From contig KZ538608.1 in NCBI GenBank assembly GCA_000934665.2, positions 1 through 59,388 of the forward strand: 59,388 nucleotides of DNA, in the 5' to 3' direction. The DNA is from Catajapyx aquilonaris (lineage: Eukaryota). Under the pieces are notes generated by a model that was not told the origin of the DNA, searched no databases, and worked only from the letters and a program-made list of their open reading frames with translations. This document shows positions 25,553 to 39,973 of this stretch, one piece after another (the stretch's first letter is position 1; every line of letters begins with the position of its first letter). A program made the position numbers and the translations under genes.

Positions 25553-27293
25553 CGGCAGGTGTGTCGACCGCAGTTAATGAATGGGCTGTATTATCAGTGC
25601 TAACCGGGTGTTCAAAGCTGGTGTGTTTGCAATATTGTGCGAAGTATGTGCCATATTATTACATAGGATGGGCAGGGGAGGGGGAGGGTTGTCACGGGCC
25701 ATTATTTCCAGCCAAAGCATGACGCATTGCTTTGGCTGTGTTTTACAATTTGCAGCATATCTGGGGTAATATACTGCCAGTTTTGCAGCTCGGTTTGAAA
25801 GCCCCCTGAATGTGCCCGAAGAGTTAAACGGGTTTTTGTACTGTATGCACCCCAATAATACAGTGAAGTCCAGTATTTACTGTGGGCGGTACTACACTTG
25901 TCTATATACGTCGTTCATACGTTGTGTATACTATACGTGAACACTGTAGGCTGAAAGTTATCCTGGAGATTAGACTTTAACACGTAGCGTGTGCTGCTGG
26001 TTAACTGAAAGCCAGGATGAAAGCGGAATTGTGGGATTTTACACTTCTTTTGACATGTCAAATAATTAGCATTTTTAAGGGCTGTGGGAGGGGAACTGAC
26101 GGTTTTTTTATTGGATTATGCTCTTTTCATTCGCCCCATGTTAATCGCTCGCGGCAAATATAGGTGATTACTACAATAATTATGGAAATTAGGTGAGACA
26201 GTTCATATGCATTATCCAGGCCGCACGTAATTAATTTTGAACTATATTATTGCTGTTCTGGCAACGTCTTGTGCAGCACCCTGTACATGAGATATTGGCA
26301 GTATATAGCTTGAATGAAATGACACGTACCGTGCGATACATCCTCGTAAAACGTGTATCAAACCAGCCGGCATGAAAAAAAAAAAAAAATCTGTGGAAGC
26401 CTTATCGCTTCAATCCAAATGCATTTCTTTCGCCGGTATGCATCGCCATACCTCCCAGCTACTGGAAATCGGACCATTAGTATAATCTTTACATAGCGAC
26501 AACATCCGGCCTGGAATTGCCTCAGATTACTTTTGTTGATTAGAGAGAGAGAGAGAGCGGAAAAAATGCGGAACCTGAAAAAACCGCGCTTTGCGTCAAC
26601 ACTAATCAAGCTTTATGCAGCGATTTTTTTTTCTCTCTCTCTCTCTACCTCTTGCTGAATTCAACGCTCTCTGGAGAGAACGCAATTATAGACGCACATA
26701 CATATATCCAGACAAAGTTAGAGAAGAGTTCCGCCATCCATCAAGGCTTGCAATTCGTGTCGCGCATGTTTGATTTCTGCTCCGTCTATTCAGTTCATCC
26801 TGAAAGTTCTCTCTCTCTTTCTGGAATTAGAGGGATGAATCCTGCTGAACGGGAGCGGAATTAAGCCCCTTTTTGGGGTGGAAAAGGGGGGGGGGGAGGC
26901 ACATGGTTGCGAGATTTTGCGCCCCCTCGTTGCAGCTAATATCGGATATCATAGGGATCATCCTCTTGCTCTCTAGCTTGAAAATCTTAGAACCTTGGCC
27001 CTCTCCTCTCTCGAAAATCTCTGGGAAAGAGAAGCGGAAATGAAGTTTGAGACAGTTGGATGTTGGCAAATGGATGTTGGGGAGGGCGCTGCACCTGTCT
27101 CTTCACCCAGACGGCGTTGCCAGTTGGACACTAATTTAATCTTCAAGAGTAGATTGGACTGTTACTCGTTAGGCACCACCAGACGTGAAGAAATCGCCAG
27201 AAAAAATTTTTATTGGACGCAAAAAAAAACCGGCACATGTTTCAGGGAAGTTGCGGAAAAACGTCGCGTCCATTCGCCATTTTATTTTTAGAA

Positions 27294-27625
27294 TTTTTCT
27301 CATCGAAAAAAGTCATATAGAACGGCCCTGACCGTCTGTCTGTCTGTGGACAGGTATCACAGCCTAAACCGCAAGAGATGGCGACAAACCGTTTTCGGAT
27401 TCGGATTCAGCGGGCCCTAAATAGGTTTCATGGCCAACCTCCGGTTTTTCGGGTTCACTATATCCTCCAAGGTCAAGTTACAGCCAGGTTATCGTTATGA
27501 TACCGACAATCAATGTCATTGTCGTTCAATGAGAATCGTATCGTATCGAGTTTGCCAGCCTCATTTCCCGCTGCCCAATAAGAAAAAAGTATGCTCGAAT
27601 CGTGATTTGCCAATGTTGTTTTTGT
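27294..27625 (+). mobile_element. DINE-1/HINE-like (Helentron-associated) non-autonomous element, copy A
   Basis: T-rich start TTTTTCTCATCG, CCGTCTGTCTGTCTGT microsatellite, subterminal inverted match CAATGAGAA at 27527-27535. Homologous in reverse orientation to 55588-55850. Confidence 0.7.
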
Positions 27626-30600
27626 GTTCTTGAATTTTATTGTTTCATTATTCATTAGCGTTTCGAGGCTGAAGTTAAAGGTGTAAAATTGTTGGATCGA
27701 TTGTGGAGACCCCTGGTGCGCTTTCAAACAATTAGCTCGTTTTTCTCTGCTTTTTCTCGTTTGGTCTCTTTTCTCTCTCCCAACCAACCAGGCACCTTGC
27801 TACCTTGTAAGGATAAATCCGCAGGCTGCGTGTCTGTCTGCTTATCCATCCGTCAAGTCCCCTTTATGAGACGAGAACTGTCAGGGCGGGCACACGAAAG
27901 CACGCCCTATCTCATATCCGCTTCAGGCTTTCAGTGGCCCCCCGCCAGGAGCGCTGTCAGAGCCCCACTCCAATATGGCCTCCCCACTCATCTCCTGACC
28001 ACTTTTTAAAAAATATTTAAAAAAACGGAATAAAAAAATTTACACAGAAAGAAATGTGCGGGGAAAAAGTCTCATCATAGGCCTGGTACTGTGATTGTCA
28101 ATTTGTGCGGGGTTCATTACAGGGTATGATTTAGTACTCGCTTGTACGGCGTTAAAATTGAGGAGCGGTTAATTATGACGTATTGCTTCAAGTTGTGACA
28201 TGTAATAATGTGGAGCGTTGGACTGTAGCGTCACTTTTATTGACAAGAAGAGGTCTTGAAAGTAGATTTATCAAAAGTAAATGGCTCACTTACTAGATTG
28301 CTTTCTGAAGGCTCACTGTCTCATTCGACTGCACTGTACAGTGATAAGGACGGTGTCCTATATATTAAGTTAATGAAACAATTGTACCAATAAGTTGTGG
28401 AAAATAACCAAAAAGTATAATGCAATGTACAGTGTGTGTCAGGTGGACAGAACATAAGTTAATGAAATAATTATTGCGAAAATCGGTTCGTGCGTCACAA
28501 AAGCTTTTGTGGCTCACCTTGTTGCTGTGGTGTAAATGCGTGTTGGCGATAAGTTATTTTTGTTAGTTTGCGCGACCGGTTGAGCGTGACAAATGATAGC
28601 GGATGGGATGGTCCGCTGCGGAAATGAATCTGGTCACTGTGTCACGGTCAGTAGCAGCAGGTTGTGTATATGCCACCAAAAAAAAAACTCCTACTAACAG
28701 TTTTGCACGTCCTTGATTATACTGGTGTCAAACGCTATTTTTGCATCGCCTATAATACTAAACCAGATGCTTAATGCTAGCGAAAGGGGGCGAAGGAATA
28801 TGCTATAAAATTTTATTCCTGTTTCTGCGATCAGGCCTTTAGGGTGTGGGGTTTGGTGGATTAAAAAAAAGAGAGGAGGGCCTCTTTCCAAGCGAACACT
28901 GTACAATGAAAAATGGTGCTGGTTTTTTTGGTGGGGAGGGGATTGGCTTGTACTCTGCAGGAACCAATTTGCCTGGAAGTGGATGTATTAGTTTGTATCC
29001 CGAACAATTTATCCGTCCTGTTCACCCCCCCAAACTGACCTAAGGACTTGGGTCCAGATATAGCATAATTATTATGTAGTCCACTGATCATTTGAAAAGG
29101 AATAGCCATGAGCATTTGAATTGCCAAATTGTATGAGAGGATTAGCACACATTCACTTAATTACCAACTGCAACTTGATATGCTGAGACTACATAATGAA
29201 TTTTTAAAACAATGCTTTGATGAAAAACTGCGCTCTGAAAGTCTCATTAAAGTAGTACTGTATACAAGTTGCATTTTTTTATTGGAGTGAGGTAGGGTTT
29301 ATATATTCCTTTTGCTCATTTTTATGGCTTGTTACATCCAGTGACTCATGCATATAATTACCAGCACTGCACAGTTTTGCATTATGTATACGATAGAAAT
29401 GAATTGAAAATCATGCGCATGATGGGTCAAATAACATAATGGACAAGTTTCCGTTGCAAGTTTTCACTGAACCACAATAGGTTATTATATGTATAATGCG
29501 ATGTTATTATATATATGATTGTACAACAGTCATGTTTGATGATAATTGCAGCAAGTGACAAATGGGCGAAATTATTGTGGACTTGGGCTACTTGGCGATA
29601 ATGTTTTCCCAGTACGCCATTGTACGATTAGTTTACAATTTCCAGAGGCATTTTGGCCCGTGCCCAAAATCAGATCTGCTTGTAATCTTTGTATTTAATG
29701 ACCACCTCATGTAATGGGTTCGTAATATTCAAACAACGCGAAAACTTGTCACCCATTTAGCCTCAGAGATGCAAATGTAGAGCCCCAAAATTTTCAACGA
29801 AATGATTTTTTCTTCCCGTAGCTGAAAATGGTTACATCAAGCAGGATATATTTGTCCAATAAACACCCAATCCCGGACTCAATTCTTAGTCCGGATTGGA
29901 CCCCCCCAGATCTCGTATTTATTGGGCATGTATTTTGAAATCCAATTTCGGGTTGGCGACCCGTGCGGAAGCACCCGTTTTCCTACCCCCTCCCTTCCTC
30001 TAGACATGCTATATCTGAATATTAGATCATCCCCGAGTAACCTACAAGGAGTTCAGGACCTCTCTTTTTCCCATGCAGCATGTGAAATTTTTATGAACCT
30101 TAGGGGCCGTCCGGCTGTTAACCTGCAATTGCGGCCGATAGTCCTATGCGTAATCTCTTATAGAGGTTTATTTAGCAAATCCCGGAAATCCCTTTGAATA
30201 AAAAATGTCAAACCCGTCTCGGAATGTCGTGGCTTCTTCCTTCCAAGGAAAGCGGCAACTTTGCGTCGTAAAATGAGATTAGGACAACGACACTTCAGCC
30301 TTTAGGAAATTAATTTAAGGCAAACTTCATAATGCTTATTACCGCACAAGTGCGCTTCACATGCTTTGTTTATTTTTGCATTCGTGTGGTTAATGAACGT
30401 CGATGTTATGCAAATGTAGGTGAAGATGAGAATATACTAGTGTATTAAAAAAAAATTGTGTGGTGTTTACACATGTTCTTGTACGGGTTGAAGGCCCTCA
30501 TTTTATGTACGTACAGTACATGTGTTCCGAGCCTCGTTAGTGAGATAATTACAGTTTTGCCAAGTTAAAAAAAAGGACGCGGTTTATATGCACTGCATAA

Positions 30601-30883
30601 CGAGCTTGCACTGTAGCTTTTATTTGAAATGAAAAAGTCAAGGTGCGTACCTGCCAGGATATTTTTTATATCTGTTTTATGCCCATTGTTTCCAGGTGGT
30701 CTAGTCCAAAATTTAATGACACATGTGCTGTATTTTGAGCGAAATGGTGCCGAATTTTGCGAAGTGCTCCAGACCATTTTCGCGACGTCCTCCTTCGGCT
30801 GTGTGTAAACCAACCTATACATTTTTATGGACAATGCCGCATTGCACTTGGCGACGCTGCTATGTGTCACTGTATACTGTACA

Positions 30884-31073
30884 CAGGGTGTCCATAAAGA
30901 GACGCAATAAGGGGGGGACCGAATTACCTGGCCGAATCAAGATGATGAATTACCCAGTGCGCCAAGTACAGATAAGGACGCAATATACGAGCCTGTGTGG
31001 AGCTATAAAAATGAACCTTACCTTGATCTAGCCTGCTATGCAAGCCTTGTTGCGTTTGTTTATGGACATGCTC
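30884..31073. mobile_element. Degenerate Tc1/mariner-type MITE (~190 bp)
   Basis: Imperfect TIRs CAGGGTGTCCATAAAGAGACGCAATAAGG versus (reverse complement) GAGCATGTCCATAAACAAACGCAACAAGG. Same CAGGGTGTCC terminus class as the 19368 element. TSD not intact. Confidence 0.55.
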
Positions 31074-32631
31074 ACTCGAGGACAAGTACTGTAATTTTAC
31101 AGGCTGCCCGCCAATGGAATTTAGGCTGTTGACGTCACTTCTGGCCTTTTAAAAATGGTAATTTTATTATAGACAAGTATTGCGGTTTTTAAATTTGTAA
31201 AATGAAATAAGGAATGTCCGTCGCCAAAAGTGGTGCCTTACTAATCGGCAAAGCCACAGTAACGTTCGTTTCGCGGCGCCATAATACGGACAGTATACAA
31301 TATTGCGGATACACAACCCACAATAAGCGTATTGCTATTATGGCTTGCTCACTCGCTAAAATTTTTGGAGTGAAAATGTCAAAAAAATAAATGCTCTATT
31401 TGAGTGAAATTACCGCTCATTCTGAGTGAAAAACACTCGAAATTTTTTCGATTGCAGTAATGACTATTTAAATACCGGTATATATATTTTTTCAATTTCA
31501 ATTTCATTTCCCGCCCATTGATAGCATAGAGTCAAGATACATTTACCCGAATCTTTATTTGCTATGCAGAACCATGCGAAATCCGAGTAAATCGCAGCCA
31601 GCACACTCTGCATTGGCGCACAAAAAAAAACCCTGCGAATTTTCACGCCGTTCAGTCTGCAAACTTGAGCCGAGTAAGTTTCTGCAAATCACGCCTCTGC
31701 TGTGAGCAGCCTTGCAATATTCCGCCCATTGAACGATGTCGAGGCTGGAATTTTGCAAAAGGCGAAATAAGCGAGAACGATATACTTTGGGATGTGGATG
31801 TGCGGGGTATATTGCCAGCAGCAGTGCTTTTAACCCCACCCTGTAGGCTACATCTGCATTCTGCCGAAGAAGCGACTTCATCGGAGTAGTATCCCACTGC
31901 ATATTACGGAGCCTCATGGAAAAATGCCGCAGTGTCGCCACCGTCTATGCGAGTTTAACATGGGAAAGCGCTACTGCGGCGATTTGTGTAACTAGTAAAT
32001 ATGCGTGGGAAGAGTCTCCAGCCAATCAGGAGGCTCGGCGAGAAGCTACGCTTTGAAAAGCAGCGGCGGCCCNNNNNNNNNNNNNNNNNNNNNNNNNNNN
32101 NNNNNNNNGGGGCCCCCCCCCCCCCAGTTTCTAAGGGCAACGTGCATTGTTGGGTCTCAGGGTGATTGTGTTCTCTCTCTCGCTGCCCACTTTGTCTCCG
32201 TTGCTGGCAAAATGGGGCGGTGGTATCCACGAAAAATGGCGAGAGAGGAAGAGTTGCGAATTTTTTCCCCCCCCTTCTTTTTTATTTTATTTTTGGCGAC
32301 GTGTCCTCTCTAGCTTTCGCTCGTCCTTTCGGAGGCGATTGGATGGCTGGGCAAACGGCCCTGTGTTGACAAAGGCGGGAGACACGCCGGCGCTTGTTGA
32401 CAGATTCCTCTTGTCTCCTCCCTCGCTTGTTGCTCGGCACAGGGCTGAAAAGGCAGTCGGAAACTTCCCAAAGCCAGTACATCATTTTATATAAACCGAT
32501 TTATAGCTGGGAGACTTTGCTATGGCCCAGCCAGAGGGGATTATCAGGCTAGTCGCCGTCCTGGAAATGAATTTCTGCCTTTAGCTCTGTACGTGTCGCC
32601 AAATTTCTGCGCTTGAAAGGTGTGTCAAAAG

Positions 32632-32885
32632 CTTCAGCTTCTCGCTCTTGTTCTCGCTACAGCTCCCACTTCTCGCTTCTCGCTACAGCTCCCACTACAG
32701 CTCCCACTTCTCGCTCTTGTTCTCGCCTCAGCTCCCACTACAGCTTCCACTTCTCGCTCTTGTTCTCGCTACAGCTCCCACTTCTCGCTACAGCTCCCGG
32801 TACAGCTCTCACTTCTCGCTACAGCTCCCGGTACAGCTTCCACTTCTCGCTACAGCTCCCACTACAGCTCCCACTTCTCGCTCAT
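32632..32885. repeat. Pyrimidine-skewed minisatellite built from CTTCTCGCT / ACAGCTCCCA modules
   Basis: Shuffled repeats of CACTTCTCGCT, CTACAGCTCCCAC and CTTGTTCTCG. Confidence 0.92.
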
Positions 32886-33837
32886 ACTCCCGCTAAGACC
32901 GATTCTCTCGAGCTGTATAATTTAAAAAAATTAATTCAACACAGGCCCGCTGCTAAAATTAGTAGCGGTTTCGTGCCTAGCAGTTACCTTCTCAAATAAC
33001 GAGCCGTCCAGCAAATGTTAACAGCGATTGAACACTGTATCTAGCCGTTTAACAGCCCGATCATGCGGCAGCACTTTGAACAGTCCACACAGACACATCC
33101 CGGCCCGTATAAATAGAGGGCTTCCACTTTTGTTTTTTTTTTTGCTAATAAATTCCTTGCAATTTTGTGGCTTGGTATAAACGCAACGGGTGGGCCTCTC
33201 CTCTCCATGGCCCCCCGATATATATCCTACATCAACGCCATCTGCTTTACGATCGGTCCAGCTACTTCCAATGAAAACCTAAAACGCTTTTTTTTTTNGG
33301 GGGGGGGGAGCCCATCGCGTGCATTGCCTGCTACGAAGAACTTACCATTATCATTACCCAAGCTACAACTACCTTCCAGCTCTCTCTGTATTTTTTTTAG
33401 GGAGGCCCCAACTTCTTTTTTTGGGCAAACCTCGAGCGCGGATGGTAGTAATGTAGAGCAGAAGCCCTCTAGCATTATGCACGTATAGGACTCAGAGAGG
33501 TGTGGTAGACGTTTGACCTCTCGTGGAAAATTGTTGCACGTGTGTGTCTACAGGGTGGCGAATTCTTCCAAGCTTGCCCTCCACAGCCACATGAGAAGTT
33601 GTTTATAACGCCAGAAAGTACTGATGGAGGAATAATAGTAGTTGCAGATTCGTCGCTGATTAAAAAGAAATTAGCAGATTTGCGAATTAACGCCTGGTAC
33701 AATTCAGAGAGGTCACCTGTTTAAAATATTCGGCAACTTTCAAATTAGCTACAAATATCCACTAATTTTAGCATGCACAACAAGCATGAATTTTACGTGT
33801 GTTGATAAATTTTATCAAATTTTTTTGTCTTTTACGT

Positions 33838-34210
33838 TATGATTATTGAAGATTTCCTGTCTCTTATTGTTGATACTGAAATGAATATTAATTATTGAGT
33901 TTAACTGTTCCTGTGGACAGCTGACGTTGACATTAGCTTGTCAGGTATATATAGTAATAATACATCATCCGCGAATTTTAGTAACAGCTGGTAAATCTTT
34001 TCAACAAATTAAAATTAGTTTGAATTTTACCTCTGTTAATTAAATTTTATTGCTTAATTATTATTGTTGATTTCTTGTTTCTTATCGATGTTATTGTAAG
34101 TACGAATGTTAATTTTTAAGTGTCACACTGTTAATACGGCCAGCTGACGTTAACATTAGCTAGTAATTTATCGGCGAATTTTAGCAACAGCTGGTAAATC
34201 TTTCCAGCAT
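33838..34210. repeat. Diverged tandem duplication (~220-bp period)
   Basis: CAGCTGACGTT(G/A)ACATTAGCT and GCGAATTTTAG(T/C)AACAGCTGGTAAATCTTT occur twice in the same order (~33918/33971 and ~34141/34173). Confidence 0.8.
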
Positions 34211-37200
34211 GCAAAAGCTGTTACTTGCTTAAGAGTGATTTATTACTTTTCCCACCAACACCAGCAGTTTACAGAGATTGTTGCTCCCAACGAGTTAGTG
34301 GTTACTACAAATTGCACTGTTTCTACTTGGACTTGTGCTCCACCCTGTAGGGGGGGTCACGAAGCATTGCATTTCGAAGCTTCGAAATTTCCATATATAC
34401 CCGCCCCGGTATATCCTCCCGGGGCCCCCTGTACAAATATGGAACTGGCTGGGCAAAAAGCATTGATCAGCGTTGCGGTTATATTTGAGCTATTGCATAA
34501 TTGAACTTTTGTTCCGCCCACGCCATTCATAGAGTCCACACTATAGCATTTCTCTGGTGTACTGTACTGTACGGGGATGGGGGAGGGGGGCCTTAGTTGA
34601 GTGAACTTGTGTTGCAAAGTCAGGTAAAGGTTAGCTGAGCTCTGGTTGGGGAGCTCCAGGCAGCCAGAGAAGATCGAGGCTTGCTGCTGGAATAGAGTCA
34701 TTAGGCCTTACCCTCTCCCGCCCCATTGAATTTCAATTACTGCTCCATGTCCACGCCTTCATTTGCTCCCCTCCCAAATCGCATTCGACTTCACATTTCC
34801 GCCTGTTTTCGGCTCGTCCGAAAGAACTATGAAGTGAGTTACGTTTTAATTGGGGGGGGGCCTGTGTTTCGGGTGCTAGGCCAACCTGAGGGATTGCCTT
34901 ACTATGTTCCCAATCCTATATATACCCCGCTTGAAATGCTAATTACGATTCGACACCACATGTTTCCCCCCCGTAATTAATTTTTTTAGGCGCTAATATC
35001 AGCTAATAAACTAACTATTAATTCAAACTTATATTCAACACCCCAGCCAGCCCTCCCCGAATATTTTAACGTCCACCTGGAGCATAAAAATAGAGCCCGG
35101 GCCGGACGTTTGATGGGCTACTTGATTTGGCGGGTGTTAGACTAATGGACCATTCACCTGCGCGTAAAACAAGGGGTCCAAACTATCAGTTGACGACCAG
35201 CTTTTTTTTTTTTTTTGGAAGTCCGGACCAGACTCCAGTTATTAACGGAGGAACGAAGGTTTTTCTTATCTAAAACGAGATACGAGAAAAACTGGGGCGA
35301 CATTTTTTTTTTTTTTTGAAACATTCGGTGTGAATCTTCTACAGGTCGTAAACGCCTTAGGTGTTCCTTCCAAAAATTTTTTTGGGGGGGACGGGAAAGC
35401 TTGGCCGTTAGTTTTTTTCAAAAGGTTGAAGAGGGAAAAAGCTTTAATCAGTTTAAAGGGAGCTGTCTATAAGTGGATTATGGACCGCCGGAATGAACCC
35501 TGCTCGGCTTTTAACGTCGATCTGAAATGGATCAGGGAACAGGTTTACGTGCGGTTTAAATCACAATCAAGGCGGATCGTAACGCCGATACGGCAGAGGA
35601 AGGCAGGAGAGGGGGGGGGGGGGCAACAAACCTGGCTAGAATTCAAAATCATAGCCCCCAATTTATGTAATAAGCAGGACTTAAATGTAGAGCTGGGGTT
35701 GTTATCCCCAAAATATGTGACACACAGTACATTGTATTTTTCGCTGGCGTCATTTGTGAGCGTCTCGGGGCTTGGTCCAAGTTCCAATGATTGATTTCGA
35801 CCAAAACAGGAAATAAAACCATTAAAAGGCCGGAAAGGAAATTTGACATTGGTAATCACATTCCAGCTCGGCGTAATGCAGTTTGGAGAGAGGGGGGGAT
35901 GGGTGGGGGAGCAAATAGTCGATGGACACTTCCTCCACACAAAAAAAGTACCTTCCACCTTTTGCAATACATGGCGAGTAAAGGTGTGCAGGGAATCGAT
36001 AGCAAGTTTTTTTTTTTTCCTATAGAGAATAGGAGAGTAGGGGTGGTCTGAGTGTGGCAATAATTTAGGTAAGGGAAGGAAGAAGAAAAAAATGGCGATT
36101 CATTACTGGTAGGGTATGAAAAATGGTTGGGGTCTTTTTGATGCATTCGGTCGGCCAAAACAGCAGAGCGGCCTCTGGTTGGTTGAATTCCCCCCCCCCC
36201 NNNNNNNNNNNNNNNNNNNNNNNNNNNNNNNNCCCCCCCCCCCCCCCCCCCCCCTTCTTGAAGGAAGGAGGACTTTGCTTTGAAATATTGCCATGCTTCC
36301 CAACTTTGCCGATTTTCTTTTTTGCTTTTCCACCCCAGTAATTGCCAAGTTTTGCGGCCGGCTTTTTCTCTCCCTTTCCATCACCATCCTTAGCAGCCCT
36401 TCGACAAAGTTGCACTTTTATCCCCCCAACAAAATCCATACCCTTCCTCCTTGAGTCGACAACTGTTGACCGTTGGTCCTACCCATTACTCTGGGACCAC
36501 GAAATTTGGGCTGGAATTATAGTTGGGACTAATGGTCAAAGACTGACGATTTGTTGGATGTTCACACTGGCGTTGTTTGAGTCTGTGCGGACCTGAGAAG
36601 GTAAAGCCTGCTTTAAATTGAATACTGTGCTGAAACGGATATCTTACATAATAAAGCAGAAGGTTTCTCTGTTTGTATGTCCGGGCTACCTAACCCACTT
36701 CCGGACTACTGAAACTTGTATGTGCCGGTGATAAAGTCCCAAAATCAACTTTCTTGAGTCCTATAATAACCAAATTTTCTGCTCTGCGGAAATTCTGGCT
36801 ACCTGCTCTATAGTAGCTACAGAAAGCAAATATTCGCATTTCAAATCGAGCTTTCGGAGACTTTGCACAAAAAAATGGAAGCAAAAAAAGCGACATGACT
36901 GTATATGTACTGGCTAATCATTTATTCGTCACTTTTTGACCCTGGTGTGATGTTTTGTTCACATCATAGCACTAATTATGCGATTGCACGCTTCTCCAGT
37001 TATCCATTTGCGAGCTCATTACAACGCTTAACGTGCGTATGCACAATCCTGGCCGGCATGCTGCTGCTAAATAATACATTTTAAAAAAATTGAGCACATG
37101 CACGGTTTTTTTAAAAGAATTGATCAACAATTAGGTCATAGAGTTTGTGAGTTGAAATGATGAAAACAAAATTTATACAATTCTTGGTGACGTGACGTTT

Positions 37201-39973
37201 AATTCCGGAAGCTGGGTCATTCGCGTCTGAATGGAAAATTTTGCGAAACAATAGGCGAAAATCTTTTACTACGTATTACGTACTGTACTTGCCAGGATTA
37301 AATTGCAAAATGCAGTGCACTCTGTGTAATTTAATATTTGGCGCTAACCGCTTGTATGCAGGTGGCATGATACCCAACCCAGAAAATCGAGTTTTTGAAA
37401 TACGTAGTTACAACGTTGAGATGTAATTATAAAGTGCTTGTGCGCGTAGCTAAGAGGTCGTGGTATGCACGCACTTAGGTACAGTGTACCGGTGGAATGC
37501 TTGGAAGTCTGTGGAAGGTATGCATATTTTTTTATATATACAGTATATACATCATCGCAAGTACCGTATAGTGTACTTAAAGGGGGCGATGATCCTTCAT
37601 TGTCGGATTTGAACGTAGGCGGTCGTAAGCCAAAATGATTTGTGTACCCATGCATAATTACAAATGTAACTTCAGGACTTTTTTTTTAAAAAAAAGTGCA
37701 AAATTAATGCTAACTATACACACTACAGTGTAAACTTTGTTAGTCATTTTTTTGCTCACTGCTAATATTAAATTAGCCAACAGCAGGCTTCGAGAGTAAG
37801 CGGCATAAAAAAAATGACAAGATAATGCTCCTGCTTAGCAAGTCAGATACTTCTTGGCAAGACTCACCATGCGGTGCTTGCGATATTTTTTTTTGTTTCG
37901 TTTGAAAAATTATCTCGTACCGAGAGAGAGAGACTGGCCATGTGTACTCTTCCGCGAAAACCCACGAAGAGGTATCAAGTTACTAGGAAGTACTAACTAT
38001 ACTCGGATGGCCTGTACAGAGGTGTCGGGTATCATGAACTTTATACACTTTACCATGTCGTTAGCTCGCTTCATTACTTGGAGCATTACCGGCCGAGGCA
38101 ACCCCATTTCAAAGAGAAGTCCACCGGAGCATGTACAATTTTAATTTAAACTACGATCTCATCACGTATAACAAGGCGATGAAAGTGTCGCAGGCTGTAT
38201 TTCCGACAGTCATGAATTTTTAGCAACTACCTATGAAACACCTTGTATATATCCCTGGAATTGTGCCGATTCTCTTGTACGGCTGTGTAATATCATAGAT
38301 GTGCCTGCGGATTAGTTGGATGACTGGACATGCAATATGGTGTTTCGGTGGGGACCATAATAATTATGTTGCGCTTCAATTTATTGGGTGTACTGTATAG
38401 TATACAGTCGCCTTCACGAGTGATGTGCTACTCGGGGTTTATTACCAGTTTTGGCAGGTATTGGACATGGGCTAGAGTGCCATTTTCCTGAAAGCCGATC
38501 GAGAGAGCCCCTGTGTGAAATGATTTTTTTTTTTCACTCTCGCCATCCGCATCGGCTACAGTGGGAAGTGTTCACACGAATGGTACAGTTTCGAAACCCA
38601 TCAGGTGATCAAATAGTACTGATGCTATGTTGCGTTCATATAATCTCGAATGCGAAAAACTGTAGTGTTTCAAATTTTATTTTTGACACCTCTGAACCAG
38701 TGTCCTTGAGACGATGACATTTTGCAGGTTGTGTGTGAATAGTTATGTGAGAATTGCGGACTTCCTTGTGAACCAGATAAAGATCTTTATGTTAGCAGGA
38801 TATAGCTGTTTCTAACGTGAGAAGTACAGTGTGTACCAACAGAAATTAATTTGTAAGCTGCTTCGTTCAACAGGAAACAAAAAAATGTTGTACATCTCAA
38901 TTTAAAGCGAATTTTCATGTTCTTTCTCAACTGAAAGTAGTTCTCAATGCTTTTGAATGAAATTATTCTTTCAACTGTGCCTGCGACTCCCATTCTTAAG
39001 ATCGATTTTTCTTTCTATTGATTTGAGTAAATCGACTGAAAAATTGCTCAGAGAATAAAATTGGATTCAAAAGAAGTGCCGTCCATTCAAGTGTGGAACG
39101 AATAAAAAGCACTCAAATTGAGTAGACATTGGTAACATTTTTGTCAATAATCATGCCCAAGTGGAAGCATGTTAAATGCGAATTTTTTTGCGATATTTTG
39201 CAAACCAATCAGTTTAATTTACTGAATGTGTTTCCGGAACATTTCTTGCCAACTGAAATAAATGGTGGTAGACGCCACAGCAAAGTGAAACATCGGCTCA
39301 TTTTGTGCGACAGTGTTTGCGAATACTGTCGCCAACCAAGAGCTCAGGTCAGGTCTCATACCCCTGCTGCAAAAAAAAGAGTCGTGCTTTAATTGGCAAC
39401 TGGAGCGGTTGTGTGTGGTGGGGAAAAGGCATTTTGCAGCTCTTTTGACCACTCCCAGCCTCCCTAAGGGCTAATAGATTCCTGCGGCTTACTTTTCCCG
39501 CGATTCTACACCAGTTTTTGCCAACTTTTTTTTCGCAATGCGATACGATTGGCTAGCCAGCTTGCGCTCCAAAAAGGCTCAAGCACCCCCTCTTTAAAAA
39601 AAATGGCAATCCGTGCCAAATGATTGCGGAAATAGTCCGAATCTCATGAAAACTGCACGCAAAAAATGAGAGGATTGTTTATTAGACTGCACCTCGTGAG
39701 TGATCGACGTCCATATTTAGGACCAGCTTATTTAAGGGGGGCAAAATGCAGTTAATTTGCGCAAAGGGTTTTTTTTTGGGGGGGGGGGGGGCANGGCATA
39801 TAGCGCATAGGATCGATGGCGTCAAGTGGACGACCAACGAAATTGGGCATCACGCCAGTCTATTTCCGCCTCTTCTGCTTTCTGGATGGACGCTCCGTTG
39901 CTTATTGGAAGGACCAGTCCAGATGTGCAAACTTCTACCTTTAATGGTTTTGCGATTGCAACCTGTTCCGATA

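Noticed and set aside
31555..31941. Overlapping ORFs in a GC-richer island
   Set aside because: No recognisable protein family in any frame and no convincing splice sites.
36190..36255. Long poly-C/poly-G tracts as G-quadruplex elements (also ~1826-1850, 24017-24032, 32109-32124, 44613-44638)
   Set aside because: They adjoin or contain N bases (gaps at 24005-24016, 32073-32108, 36201-36232), so their length and sequence are unreliable.
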